The position numbers and the translations under genes were made by a program. Source: Tubiluchus corallicola (Eukaryota > Animalia > Priapulida). From it: DNA of 64,000 bases. The stretch spans positions 868,001-932,000 of the forward strand of contig JAQGDQ010000036.1 in assembly GCA_030141605.1 (NCBI GenBank), given 5' to 3'. This document shows positions 1-12,391 of the stretch, piece by piece (within the stretch, counting starts at the first letter, position 1; every line of letters begins with the position of its first letter). The notes beneath the pieces are model-generated. The model ran no database searches and was not told the DNA's origin. It saw only the letters and a list, made by a program, of their open reading frames with translations.

Positions 1-20
1 AACCATTTTTCACCAAACAG

Positions 21-2767
21 ATTGCCCCAAAGTGTAGCCGTCAGTAGCCCTAGAGTAATAAATAATGAAGGAAGAGTTGGGGCAGGTCACTATGTGATGG
101 AAATGACAAAGCAGAAATTACCTGTTGACAATGTCAACAAAAGTGTCAATTCAGAAACTTTACGGGATAGAATAAGTAAGTTAATATCAGAAAATGATGC
201 TGTAGTTGGAACATTTGAACCTGTTTGGTTTCGAAAACATGCTCGAAATAAGGTAATTGGATTTTCTGAAGATCCTAAGTATCGCAGTGATCTATCACAG
301 GAAAATCCAAGTGATGTGCCATTTTCTAGAAGCATTTCTGTAGATGAAGACTTGAAAAAGCCTCACATAGCTGTAGGAAACAATTATTCTGGTGGTAAAA
401 TAATGGAAGAGAATAGTTTGATTACTGATGAGCCTCACAATGCTAACTGCTCACAATCTTCAGCTAACAAAAATACAAGTGCTGGTATAAAAGATCTTCT
501 CTCCTCAATAAATAAAGCAAGGTCCGAAAATATAGATCGTGCATCCATAAAGGAATTGTTAATGCCGCATTCAGGTTATGTTGAACATTCACCAAGTAGT
601 AGCGAAGTGAGCATGATAAGAGATTTGCTTTTGCGTGGTCGTTCACTTAATATTGAACAAGTAAATTCTTGTACCGAGTCTGTGAAGTTAATAACTGGGG
701 ATGTTCTTGACATGTTTCATTGTACAGCTTGTGGAACACCATTTCAGCATGCTGAAGCATTTGAAACACATGTTAAATATTATTGCGGGAGCTCAGCAAA
801 ACCTGAAGAACAATCTAAATCAGTACTTGTACTAAAAGATAACAGTTTGGAAAAGCATGAAACCATGTCAGCGGCTATGCAGCAGGATGATAGTATAAAA
901 AACCATGACACACCTTTGTCAAATTGTATTCCTGCTTCAAACTCTGCAAATGGATTAGTACTTAGCCCAAAAGTGGTGTTCTCCAAAGAGCTTGGAATCT
1001 GTGAAGCAGAAGGTGAGATGTCTTCGAATAAAAAGCTGTCATGCTTAAGGCACAATCAGGAACTTTCATATCCAGAGTCAATTCAATCATTAATTCTTTT
1101 TCAACATCCGAAGCCAAAAACTGAAACCATAGTGCAACTTAAACAAGGAAAGGCGTCAAGATTGGATAATTCATGTGAAGATTTAAAATCACAACACCTA
1201 GGCATGATGGCTAGTTTGAATGACTGTAAATCCCTTTCACCTAAGGTGAAATGTGCACCAGATGAAAAGTGTTTGCCATTAGGAGATCCCAATGTTGAAG
1301 TTTCAGCACGTGTGCCTTCATCACACTCACAAACAGTTTTGACTTCCACTGTTTTACGAGAACAAGTTCCATTTCCTGATGAAAAAAAGCGAGAAATAGA
1401 GATCCCTTGTACTAAAAGTGAAAACATGCCACCATTAAAAAAGCGGAAAGTCCCTGATGAAGTGTGGTCTCTATCTCAAAACAAGTCGACGTCAGTAGCA
1501 AATATTAGTATTCCTGAAGTTCGTGTAATAGATGAGACGGTTACAACGACTGTCGATTCACATTCTCGACCAGTTCGTCCGACTGGACTTCATTTGAATT
1601 TTAAAGATCCGCTTTTGAAATCTCATGTTGTGCAGCTGGGACATCCTTTATCTGTTTCGGAATCACTGAGTGATATAACGTGTAATACTGCCCAACCTGT
1701 GCGTCAGGCACAGATAACAAGCTTAGTTGCTCCTTTCACGATTGTGGATCAGAAGTCTACAAAAATGATGGCAGACTACAAACTTGTTCCCAACGTGTCT
1801 TTCCCAATGGTTAAATTGGTAGAAGCTTCACCAACTACACCATTAAAACCATTTAGCATTAACAAAAGCTTTTTGCAAGCAACCACACCTGAAAAAGAGA
1901 TAGCATCTGGGTTTTCATCTCCACGAAGAGTAAACCAGAAAAGCTTTCTAGAAGCTACCACACCCGAAAAAGAAATTTCTCCTGGATTTCCTTCTCGCAA
2001 GGAAAAGATACTCATTCCACTGTTTCTGTATGGTCATAATTATCCTAGTCTCTGTGGTGCAACTCACACTACCTTTTGTAGCGCGCGTCAACCACAGCCT
2101 ATGTATGTACAGCAAAAGTCCCATAAGATTTCTATGTATTCCAATTGGCGCATAATCCCACATTCACCCAACATGGAGTTCCTACCTTTGGTCATGCTTT
2201 CTTTGTATAACTCTCAAGTAAATAATGTCAAGAAAGGTTTACTGTATACTACAGCATATGCAGAAAAATCTGGCATTCAAACACATTCCAGCTACTGGTT
2301 TTATAAAGCCAACCAAAGTCAAAGACATGTCGACTCTAGTGCCGATGATATGGTTAATGAAGAGGCATTAGATAACGCAGAGACCAATGATGACTATGCT
2401 TCGCTGTCATCTGGATCAGGATCTGATTTATCAAGTATAAGAAGAGTTCCTATTTTCACTGGTGGCTATAAGTCAAATGAAGAATACATTTATGTTCGTG
2501 GTCGTGGTAGAGGTAAATATGTTTGTGAAGAGTGTGGTATCAGATGCAAAAAACCAAGTATGTTGAAAAAGCATATTCGCACTCATACGGATATAAGGCC
2601 ATACAGCTGTGTGCACTGCAATTTCAAGTTTAAGACTAAGGGTAATTTGACGAAGCACATGAAATCCAAAGCTCATAACAAAAAGTGCTTGGAGTTGAAT
2701 ATTATCCCTGTACCTATTACTGTGGATGATTCCCAGATAGACCATGAAGCTGTTGCTAGGCAAGAAG
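21..2767 (+). CDS. shn: shn large exon (C2HC finger at about 721-786, C2H2 finger pair at about 2524-2676)
   Basis: Acceptor aaacag at 15-20, open frame of ORF 22..2790, donor G|GTAACT at 2768 (phase 1). Confidence 0.92.
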
Positions 2768-5700
2768 GTAACTATAAATCAGTTCTGTAAAAGAGTAATT
2801 GAAAAGACAGTGTTATGTTCATTTTTTTGCTTAATAACTTATAAAAAAGTATCTCATTTTAGTATTGATTTAGACAAAACATTTAAAGTGTTGAGGCTTG
2901 TTTAGTGTGTGTAAGAAATGTTCTTTGTGTTATTACAAGAATATGTGTAAACCATAATCCCTGAGAGTATGAAAGTTTAACGTAATTAACTATTTAACTG
3001 TGTTATTTACTAAAGGCATTTTGCAGATAATTGTCTTAACTTATCGAAGAAAATGTTCTTTAGGCTTGACAGCTATAATTTTTACAACAGAACAAACTTT
3101 TATAGTTACATTGTTGTAACTCATGTTGCTTTTAGTTCTGCCTAAATTTGGAAAACTGACTCTTACCAACGTTGACATTTCACAGTTATACTAAGTCATA
3201 GTTGTAAAATGTGTTTTCATGTTTTTATATTGTAGAAGAGGAAGCAGGATTATTAACCGGTGAGAGTGAAAACGAAGATGATTGCAGTGATGATGGTGAC
3301 GACATGTCTGTAGATGGTGATGATACAGAGTAAGTTCTTGTTTGTTAGCTTAGTTGACTTCTCTGTACGGATGCTAATTCGTTTGCATTTTTGTTGTAGC
3401 TTCTGATTTGTCCATTTCCAAAATATCAAATTTGCTACTTCCTGCCACTTGCAAATACCAACAAATTTTGCAAGAAAGCGATTTGTGTTAGGTGAGGCCA
3501 ATAAATAAACAATCACAATTGAGGTTTCATTCTTTTAAATTTATTGGTTTCTTGAATGGTGTAGTAGATCACTAGTGTTTCTTGTGTTTGCATGCAATTT
3601 GGGTATCCTGTTTGACATAACAGTAATGTAAGCTTTCGGTCTACTCATCTGTGTCAGAATAACCAAAGAAGACGACGTTATTGTCTACCTGTTTGCTTTT
3701 CTTCAGGTATTCTGATGTTGCAGGACGAGCTCCTTGTTCCCAGGCATCTCCTGCCAGTTTGGATAGGCAGTCTCTAACATTGGGTGAAATGTCTGACAAA
3801 GTAAATTAAATAAAATTACTTGTTTTATTAACAATTGCATTATATATTATATCATATCATATTATATTAACATTTACTTGTTAATATACGGTTATAGTTG
3901 TATTGTTAGATAAAAAGTATTTGAAATATCTGGCTCTTGTATTCACTAATTTCACATTTTGTCCATTCTTCTTTGCTGCATGATGTTTTGTTATACCCTT
4001 AGTCCTTATTCGTCCAAAAGAAACGGGCCAGTTTCACAAACTGTCACTAAGTTAACAATGTCATTATTACATTCACTTTAACTATTAATAATGATTTCAT
4101 TAAATTAGTGACAGCATTGTGAAACTGGGCTTAGGGTTTCTGGATTTTAATACAAGCCAAATAAACTACAAAGGCAAAATTATTTTAGTGTACAAGTTGG
4201 AAGATTGCACATTTCGCAAATTTTAGACTGGTAAAATTGTGGTATCGTTTGCAAAGTAGCAGTTTACTGTTTAATGTTTTGTAATAAATGAGCATTCTTA
4301 CTCTAACAAAGTCTGTTTTATTTTCAGATGTGGTTTGATGGTTATTATGGCCACATAATGTCTGCAAAGTTGTCACAGCCTTTGCAAGCTGGAAAAGACC
4401 GGGTTGTGTTGGATGCCATGTCACAGGTTGATCACACAGACAGAGAAGTAGCGCATAGCCTTTTGGATTTGTCAGCACAACAAAAACCAAAGTGTATTAC
4501 TAAACAAGAAAACTTGGGCTGTTCCACTTTAAATGATAGTCATAAACAGGTTTTAAATTTTTTGGGTGTACCACTAATTACTGTGCGGCCTAGTAATAAC
4601 ATTCTTAGTCCAGAGGATGTTAGTAAAGTGGCATATTCTGTTGGTGAAATATCTACATCGACTAGAAACTCTGAAAACACAGATGTTACTAGTTGTGATT
4701 TGTCAAAAGTGTCGCCTTCATCTGAATGCAGTGAATCTGGGTTAGCAAATTGTTCACAGCCAGCCAGCATTGGGAAAATGAACAGACTTGATTCTGTAAT
4801 AGGTGCCATAAAATCTATGCGCCAAGGCCAAGTTAGAAGTCACAGTAGTGATGTCTTGAGTGATAGAGAACATATGTCAGCTGCTTCCATTGCTCATAAA
4901 GGCTTGAGTCTGTTAGAAAAAGAAAAAACTTTATTTCCTAACAAGGCTAACAGGTCTAATGAAAACTGTTGTGATGATGTGTCACTTAAACAGCAAACAC
5001 TTGTGAGGCCTACTGATCGTGCTCAGCTGTCTCTGCCTCTGCGAAAGCGAACCACATCTCTAAACATTCAGCTTATGTGCGAGAATGACATACCGAACAA
5101 CAACAATGCTTCGAAACCGACCTTAATATTACCACATCATGCATTAAGCAGTTCATTTTCTGAAGGGCTGATACCAAAAATTGTTAAGCAGGAGACTGAA
5201 GAACTAGACCAGTCTAGCAATGATGACAGCTTGGATGGTACTACTGATAATAGAGTGATACATTCCAGCATTTCTACACCGGAGTGGATGCCGCCTGATT
5301 TACGTAAGGTCATAGCAGTAGGTATGCCACGGCGAGAACGAGATGAGAGTTCGCTAACAAAAGCTGAACTATTGCTTGCCAAGGAAATGTTGCCTATTCC
5401 TGGTAAAGTGCATGATAACGAGAGAGAAGGCAAGTGCATTTGTGATGTGTGCCATAAGGAGTTCCAGAAACCTAGTCAACTTCGACTGCATTTCAATATA
5501 CATTTTTTTGAAAGGCCTTATCGTTGTGACAACTGTGCCGTGTCCTTTAGGACAAAAGGTCACCTACAGAAACACCAGCGCTCTGAAAGCCATTTAAATA
5601 AATTAACACGGAATTTAGCCTTTGGTGCACCTACATCAGAAAATCCTCGACCTTTCAAATGTACTGACTGTAAAGTTGCCTTTCGTATTCATGGGCATTT

Positions 5701-6985
5701 GGCAAAACACCTTAGATCAAAATTGCACATTACCATGCTTGAGAGAATGGGTAAGTTACCTAGTGGCACTTATGCTCAAATTGAAAGATTTGGTGCTGTT
5801 GCTTCTATTGACACCACTGACTGTGAAAACTCTCTTGATAGTCTTCAGCATATGATTCAAAAACATGCTGACACAGTTGGGCAATCTGATTCTGATGGTG
5901 AGCTTGACTATGTATTGGACATGTCTACTGCTCGACGAAAAAGAAATGACAGTGAATGCAGTTATCTTAGTGATGGTGTTCCTTATGATGAAAATGATGA
6001 GTCTGATATTACAAATGTTGACCAGGTCGGTGAACACAGTATGAAGGATAATCCACAGAATCGCCTTTTATTTTGTCCTGCTTGCCAAATAGACTTTTCT
6101 ACCGAATCACAATTTCTAACTCATGTCCGACATGTCCACAGCAGTTCAGAGGATCAGAACACATCAGCTGAGAACCAGGAACAAGTATGTAAATCGTCAG
6201 CAAATGAAGCTGTGAGCAGTACAAAAGAAGCCATTTCTGAGACCGAAATTGCAACAGAAACTTTTTTCCATAGAAAGTTTCGACGGAGTGCTTGCTTTAG
6301 TGAAGGATCTAGTACATCAGTTTCCACTCAACAACTCGAACCCCCTAAAACTTTTGTGTCATCTGACATAGAGTTAGCTGCTGCAGCTGACTTCAAGTGT
6401 GAACTGTGTGGTAAACTGACTCAGAACCAAAGTGATTTAAAGCAGCACCTATCAACTCATGTAGCACTTCGTCCTTACGTTTGTGATTACTGTGATGCTG
6501 GTTTTACTAAGCACAACGCTTTACTATCACATCTGAAGTTGCATAGCGAACATAGGGTAGGTGACTTTGTGCTCCAGTTATGAGTAATTTGCGAACGTCT
6601 GCTAACTTATCTTTTAAATGTGTCACATATTCAGGTGTCATTTTTAAGATCTCAAAATTTCAGGCTTTCTTCAGTTTTAATTGGCAGCGCTTTACTTAAA
6701 TGTAGAAAAATTGAAAGACAGTCTTAGACCATGCTGCCAGGTTTAAATCATTTAGCCTCAATTAATTTAAATTTCATTTTTTGTTATAAAAATAAACACC
6801 AAGCAAATCTTGTAAATTTAATGAAAACTTAATGAATGCTTGGTAAACACTCAAGAAAATATGGCCAGAAAATGTTTATCTTTCATAAAAAATTTTAATT
6901 TTACTGTTTATGTATGAGAATTTGTCTGGCTTTTTTCCAGGACACTTTGACAACCTTACCTGATGCTTCGAAGAGTCCAAGCTAG
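21..6985 (+). CDS. shn: Schnurri/HIVEP (ZAS family) C2H2 zinc-finger transcription factor, 5'-partial spliced gene (exons 21-2767, 3236-3329, 3707-3800, 4328-6556, 6941-6985; about 1735 aa visible)
   Basis: Hallmark motifs: LRDRISKLISENDAVV, C2HC finger CTACG...HVKYYC, QPMYV...ISMYSNWR, GGYKSNEEYIYVRGRGRGKYVCEECGIRCKKPSMLKKHIRTH finger pair, acidic exon, and the Shn-type three-finger block RPFKCTDCKVAFRIHGHLAKHLRSKLH. All junctions are GT-AG and frame-compatible. Confidence 0.93.
3236..3329 (+). CDS. shn: shn acidic exon (EEEAGLLTGESENEDDCSDDGDDMSVDGDDTE)
   Basis: Acceptor tttatattgtag, donor GA|GTAAGT; phase 1 in, phase 2 out. An acidic tract follows the finger pair, as in ZAS domains. Confidence 0.85.
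3707..3800 (+). CDS. shn: shn exon (YSDVAGRAPCSQASPASLDRQSLTLGEMSDK)
   Basis: Acceptor ttttcttcag, donor AAA|GTAAAT; phase 2 in, phase 0 out, bridging exactly to the exon at 4328. Confidence 0.8.
4025..4131. mobile_element. small hairpin MITE in shn intron
   Basis: Inverted termini ccagtttcacaaactgtcactaa ... ttagtgacagcattgtgaaactgg. Confidence 0.6.
4328..6556 (+). CDS. shn: shn large exon with three-finger block (about 5441-5730) and three extra C2H2 fingers
   Basis: Acceptor ttttcag at 4321-4327, ORF 4328..6583. Probable donor AGG|GTAGGT at 6557; alternatively read-through to TGA at 6583. Confidence 0.9.
6941..6985 (+). CDS. shn: probable shn terminal coding exon (DTLTTLPDASKSPS*)
   Basis: Strong acceptor ttttttccag at 6931-6940, phase 0 matching the donor at 6557, TAG at 6983-6985. 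Confidence 0.65.
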   Translation, partial: DTLTTLPDASKSPS

Positions 6986-8754
6986 ATTATTTTAGTGTCA
7001 TCTCAAGAGCGCCAAATTGTGCACGTCTCTGCTAAATAGAATAGATTTTATTATTTAGTTAGTTACCGATACACTTTCAGTACACATTATTGAGAAGTTA
7101 GGTTATTTTGTTAGATAATTCGGTAATGTTAATGATCGAACTTGCAAAAGTGACTCTGTAGTTACTATGTTCCACAAAAATTTTACCATGTTGAAATGTT
7201 TTGAGTTATGCTGTTAATGGTTGAATATATTTTCATATGGATTGTAGATATATTTCAGTAAGGGCATGGTGCATTCCTAATCATAAAAATTTTATAAGTA
7301 TAACACAAATACTTGTTTCACGTATTATTGTAAATACCAAGATGTTAGCATTTATGTTAAATGGACTCAAATGGTGCCTTGGTGGTTGTACAAAATTGCT
7401 ATAAATAAAGTTTGTTCTATTGTGATTTAAACTTGGCCATACGTAATTACATAGAAATTGTAGTATTTTATTCACACTGCATTATAGAAATTGTATCTCA
7501 GATAGTTTTTTTAAACTGTTTGTTCGTTTGTTTTTCAGATAGAAATTTTATCCGAGAAATAGTGTTGTTGAGTATTATTGTTGTATATTATGTAGATAAT
7601 GGATGGTAAATATGACAAGATAGCGTAGGCTATGTCCAAGATTTATTAAATGTAGTACATCTGTGATTAAAATACCAGTATAAACTTTTGTTGCTTACTC
7701 ATCTGAAATGAGTAAAGTGTACAGATGCATTATTATAATTGTCAGTTGAGCTTTTCATTGTGCTGAGCTGTGCTTATGAAAATCCTTTTTCACGTGTTTC
7801 TTAAGATGTCAGAATGTTTTTTGCACTTGCAAAATTTGACATTGTGTATTTCACTACTGATTGAATGGAATCCGTTTTTGGATGTTTGGCTCACAGCTTA
7901 CTGCGTTATTGAAATTAATGCAAATCTGAAAGTATGTAAGATACGTTTGGTGTAAAACTACATTGTGCAGTAAAAAAGGTGCAGTAGAACATTTTATGTC
8001 AGAAGTAGATGTAAATCTACATACATTTGTATTTCAGGCTTCATTTGATTGATTTTGTGGATGTTAATTTGGTGCGTTCATCAAAATAACTTTTTTGTAT
8101 CTATTCTTCATGCAGCATTTCTACAAATCACTAGTTTTTGTTGTTGTTAGGCACGTTCCGCTAAAAAAATCTTATTAGACAATACTTTATCTTACTAGAA
8201 AAGGAAGCTTTATCAGACGGTAAACCATGAATCTTCATTGCAGCTGGAAATCACGCAATTCTGTCATACAGAATTCCAGTGCTCAGATGTCTTACGAAAA
8301 AGAAGTCTATTCGAAACGTAACTGGCAGTAAATTTTTTGTCTACTTCCTGTTTTATTGCATGCGCTCAGCTTATTACTAAAGCTTAGCGGTAGTTATTGC
8401 ACAAAACTAGGAGCAAATGTTTTTTCCACACTTTGCATTTTAAAAACAAGTTATAAAACATAGCTCAAATCATAGTCTAATGAAATGATTTTATGGGGCC
8501 GTCAGCTGTTGCGAGAATATTCCTGTCACCAATACATTTTCACAACAAAAATTAGTAAACCAAAAATTGAAGATCAATACCACTGTTGGTTAAAATAGTC
8601 AAGTCCCACAAAGTTTCATCTACTATTTCGTACCGTATGGTACTGTTAATTAACGTTAACGGACTATATTCTTCACACCCGTGTTTAATGTTACAAATTT
8701 ATAAAGTTTAAAAGTGTTTTATCTTGTATGTTATGTTGTTGTAGCATTGACTTA

Positions 8755-8760
8755 ATTAAA
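8755..8760 (+). terminator. candidate shn polyadenylation signal (ATTAAA)
   Basis: ATTAAA followed by a GT/T-rich tract (tgttgatgttggtatttttgcttt), near where the + strand changes from T-rich to A-rich. Confidence 0.35.
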
Positions 8761-10921
8761 CAATTATTGTTGATGTTGGTATTTTTGCTTTATGAAGTTT
8801 TGATGGGTGCCAATTTTTGATATCATGCTGTAGTAATTAAAGGCCACAATGCAAGTATGCCTAGAAAGGGGAAATTTCAAAAGCACAGTGCAGCAGTGAT
8901 GCCTTTTGCATGAAGACTTGTGCATAACATTACGTGTCACATAATTTAAGCACAAGATCTTCTTTTCTTTTTAAAAATGTAATGTAATGTTCCTTTCACA
9001 CACATTGTGATAATGCTAAATGAACGTCAGCGAGAGTTAATGAATGTCAGGCAAAACAGGTAACACATTTGCTAGCTTCAAGCAGTTTAGGTGTGCTAGT
9101 GCTATGACAGAGGGTGCACATCTCTCAGAGCTATTTTGAACTTGTTCAGAGTCTGAACTTGCAACTTTCTATTACATTAGTATCTGACATTGCAATGTGC
9201 CAAATAAGCATCGGTCAACTGTCCATTACTATTTAATTTGATGCAACAAATAGAATCTGCAATTAACTGCAATATGTCACAACAGTTCCTTCTTTTTCGA
9301 AAACATTTTTGCAGCAATCATGGCTATACACGATGTCGTGAAATTTTGCATATGAGGAGCCACACAACTGTGGATTGAAAGCATGCTGTAAGACATTAAG
9401 TGTTTAAAACAATCAATTCATTTCAACAAATTTAGACAGATAAAAAGCTATTGCACATAACTATGACTAGAATTCTTCATCACCAACTTTCGAGTAAGAT
9501 AGCTTACTACTGTATGTATCTAAGCATTAGTAATATAACTGTTCATTGTTGGAGAGGAAATTCATTTTCATAAGTCACTGCTTACATGATTCTGCATAAA
9601 TGAGCATATCCGTGTATAAAGAAGAGAAAAAATTGAATAGTACTCATTTCACAGTAGCCATACATACTTTAAGTGCTGGTAGTATACCATTACTAGAGTG
9701 TAGAGTAATAGAGTGCTACGTAAAGTAAATAAATAAACAAGAATGTACATATTTTAAATAAACATATCATACCGAATTAAAAACAAAGATGCATTTTTTG
9801 ATTATCTAGGTACACCTTGCAACAATCTTTTCAATTTGTCACACAGAGTAAGTTAAAAGATCCATTCATTGCCATGATAACTGACAGTGATACGGTACGC
9901 ATTGCTTGATAAAACTTAACACTGATGCCCAAACAATAAAAATTAGCAACAAAAATACACCATGTAGTAGTTTATCACACTTTGGTTTATAAAAGTAAAT
10001 CAAAAATGTAAACGTATTATGCAACATTTACACCTATGAAAACATGATACATAATGTCTACATAAAACATTGTGCAAACAAACTCCCAATCTGTGGCTGT
10101 CTGTATATAACAAGCAACATGTACAAATTATATATTGTAAATATGTACACATAACATGTGCTGAAACATATGTACAAAATTTACACATTTCTCTCTAAGT
10201 ACTGGTTTACAGAACATCTATAATGAAATAAAGCCTAATAACATAAAGTTCAACTATAAATTTTAAAATCGAATCTACTCGCGACAATACACAGATCTGC
10301 AGCTGCAAATCAAATGTCTATCAGTGGAAAGTGCTAAACATTTTCTCACTCTGGTTTACTGAACTTCTCGCAAACAAAATGTTCCTTCTATGCATAGTGT
10401 GTGAGCAGTACTAATACATTAATATTTTATGAGTCACTTTTGGGTACAAAATTTTTGTAGATGCAGAAAACATTAAATAAAAAATTTTCATAAGTTGCCA
10501 GACAAAAACTATGGAACAAGACATAATAAGGAACAAGACATATGGAACAAAATAAGGAACTAGACATGCCCAGGCTTAGATGCATTTTCATTTTCTTGGA
10601 CAAAATAGCTACTATACAATAGTTTATAAAAGTTTACATGCTGCGGTTTGGTCACATGAGGAGAAGAATTCAAGTTTGTGCAGCCCCTTGTCAGAACACG
10701 GTGATTTTAAATGTGCCATTTATTAATTACCAAGAATTTGAAATTGAAATTACCAAGCAAAGCAAAATCTTATAATTTAATATGCATAACATAAGTTACA
10801 AAATATTGTAAAAAATGAAGCCATACATTTAGCTATAATGTTAATAACTCATTTGTTACTCTTCCAGTGTTATAAAACAAGGTAAGACAGTGTACACGTG
10901 TGTGTGTGCGTGCGTGTATAT

Positions 10922-11321
10922 CAGGGGTGTGCAAATTGCGGCCCGCGGGCCACTTGCGGCCTGCCGAGAGAATTTGTGCGGCCCGCGAAAAGATTTGTCG
11001 GAGTATATAGTCCTTCAGTGATGCGAGATGTATGTGACTGCGGAAACAGAGCTGTTTGAAGGCTGAGTTTGCAAAAAATTGAGGCTAAAAATCGGTCAAT
11101 TTCGCTTTGATCATAGGGTCCCTTATATGCGAGGTAATTTACCTGGGTTTCTGTTACGCGGGACCTGAAGATATCGTCCCTTGTAACTGCAAGTCCCTTA
11201 TATCCGAGTACATACAAAGATTTTACATAAGAAAAACGTTACGAAAAATCGGGACTGTTGTTGGTGGTCCCTTATAAGCAAGTGTCCCTTATAGTAAGTA
11301 CCTTATACCCGAGGTTGACTG
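10922..11321. mobile_element. composite DNA-transposon relic: hAT-type left end joined to a Tigger/pogo-type right end
   Basis: Left end CAGGGGTGTGCAAATTGCGGCCCGCGGGCC; right end ...TTATACCCGAGGTTGACTG followed by a TA run; internal GTCCCTT(A/G)TA repeats. Confidence 0.6.
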
Positions 11322-12048
11322 TATATATATATATATATATACATACATGTATGAAAGATTTAATGCATGCGTTTAAAATGGTAATCTAAATCTGGTACAT
11401 AGAAAATGATTTGATAAAAAAATTACCAAAGCCAAAGCATATGTGATTTACTACTATCAAGTAACAAATTACCAAAAATAGTTAAAATGTCAAAAATACT
11501 GCAAACCACGCTAATTAAACTGTATGATAACCATGCACAGGTAGTCACATACAAGATGAATGTAAGTCATCAGACATCACTAAGGAGGCATGGGCCGCAC
11601 AGCTTAGTAAACTGCAGATCTGTGTATTCCATAATAAGCAAATATCATTTGTCGCTCCACAATTAAGCGATAATTGCTTGCAAACAAATTTTTTAGTCAA
11701 TTCCTTTACAAGCAATATTTACAAATGATTTGTAAATAAAACACTGTTATCATTGTCACTGCACTGTTTGAGCTAACTGATAAGATTATTAGGGCACCAA
11801 CACACGCAACTCTAACTACTGAACATTCACCTGTTACGGCAACTCAGAAGTGGAATTTTACAAACAATTTGAGTAGGTAGTGTGATAAATTCTGTATGTT
11901 AGTGCCCCAAGGTCAAGAGAATACTTTGGTCTTAGAATACTACACAATTAATATGTGACATTGACATAATAGAATTTGTGAAATGTATGATCCACATGTA
12001 TGTAATATCTATACATCCTTATTTGCGACAGCTTCCTTCTACAAATGA

Positions 12049-12172
12049 TCTGCAGATTCAATCTCTACGTTAGAATTTCAACATGATACATTTCTTTATA
12101 CTTCTGAGATTCTGCAGATTCAATTTCTACGTTAGAAATTCAACATGATACATTTCCTTATACTTCAGAGAT
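12049..12172. repeat. 62-bp tandem duplication spanning the erg stop codon
   Basis: Copies at 12049-12110 and 12111-12172 differ at about 4 positions. Confidence 0.9.
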
Positions 12173-12391
12173 TTTTCCTCTATCCTTTATGTACTTGTCA
12201 TGTAAGTGGGTTATTTCTCCACTACCTTCATGCTGTGGCACTTCAGGTAAGTAAGCAGGCTCTGGTAAAAGTGAAGTGTGAGAAGACAATTCATCATCGA
12301 TAAATGTAATTGGCTGATTCCATGGCGCCCCTTTCTGAACATCTCGTTCACAAAAATCAGGCAAGTCAGTTGCAGCACAGGAATCATCAAC
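12158..12391 (-). CDS. erg: erg terminal coding exon 19 ([13 protein letters not shown]...KISEV*)
   Basis: Acceptor ttttggtag, phase 0, in frame with ORF 12158..12364, stop TAA. Confidence 0.8.
   Translation of the reverse strand, partial: VDDSCAATDLPDFCERDVQKGAPWNQPITFIDDELSSHTSLLPEPAYLPEVPQHEGSGEITHLHDKYIKDRGKISEV

Noticed and set aside
90-6037. Many antisense and alternate-frame ORFs overlapping the shn exons
   Set aside because: Shadows of the real coding frame with no recognisable motifs.
10510-10566. Short GGAACAAGACAT repeats; also 53999-54062 and 24915-25125 duplications, considered as CRISPR-like arrays
   Set aside because: No unique spacers of regular length, eukaryotic context; ordinary slippage duplications.
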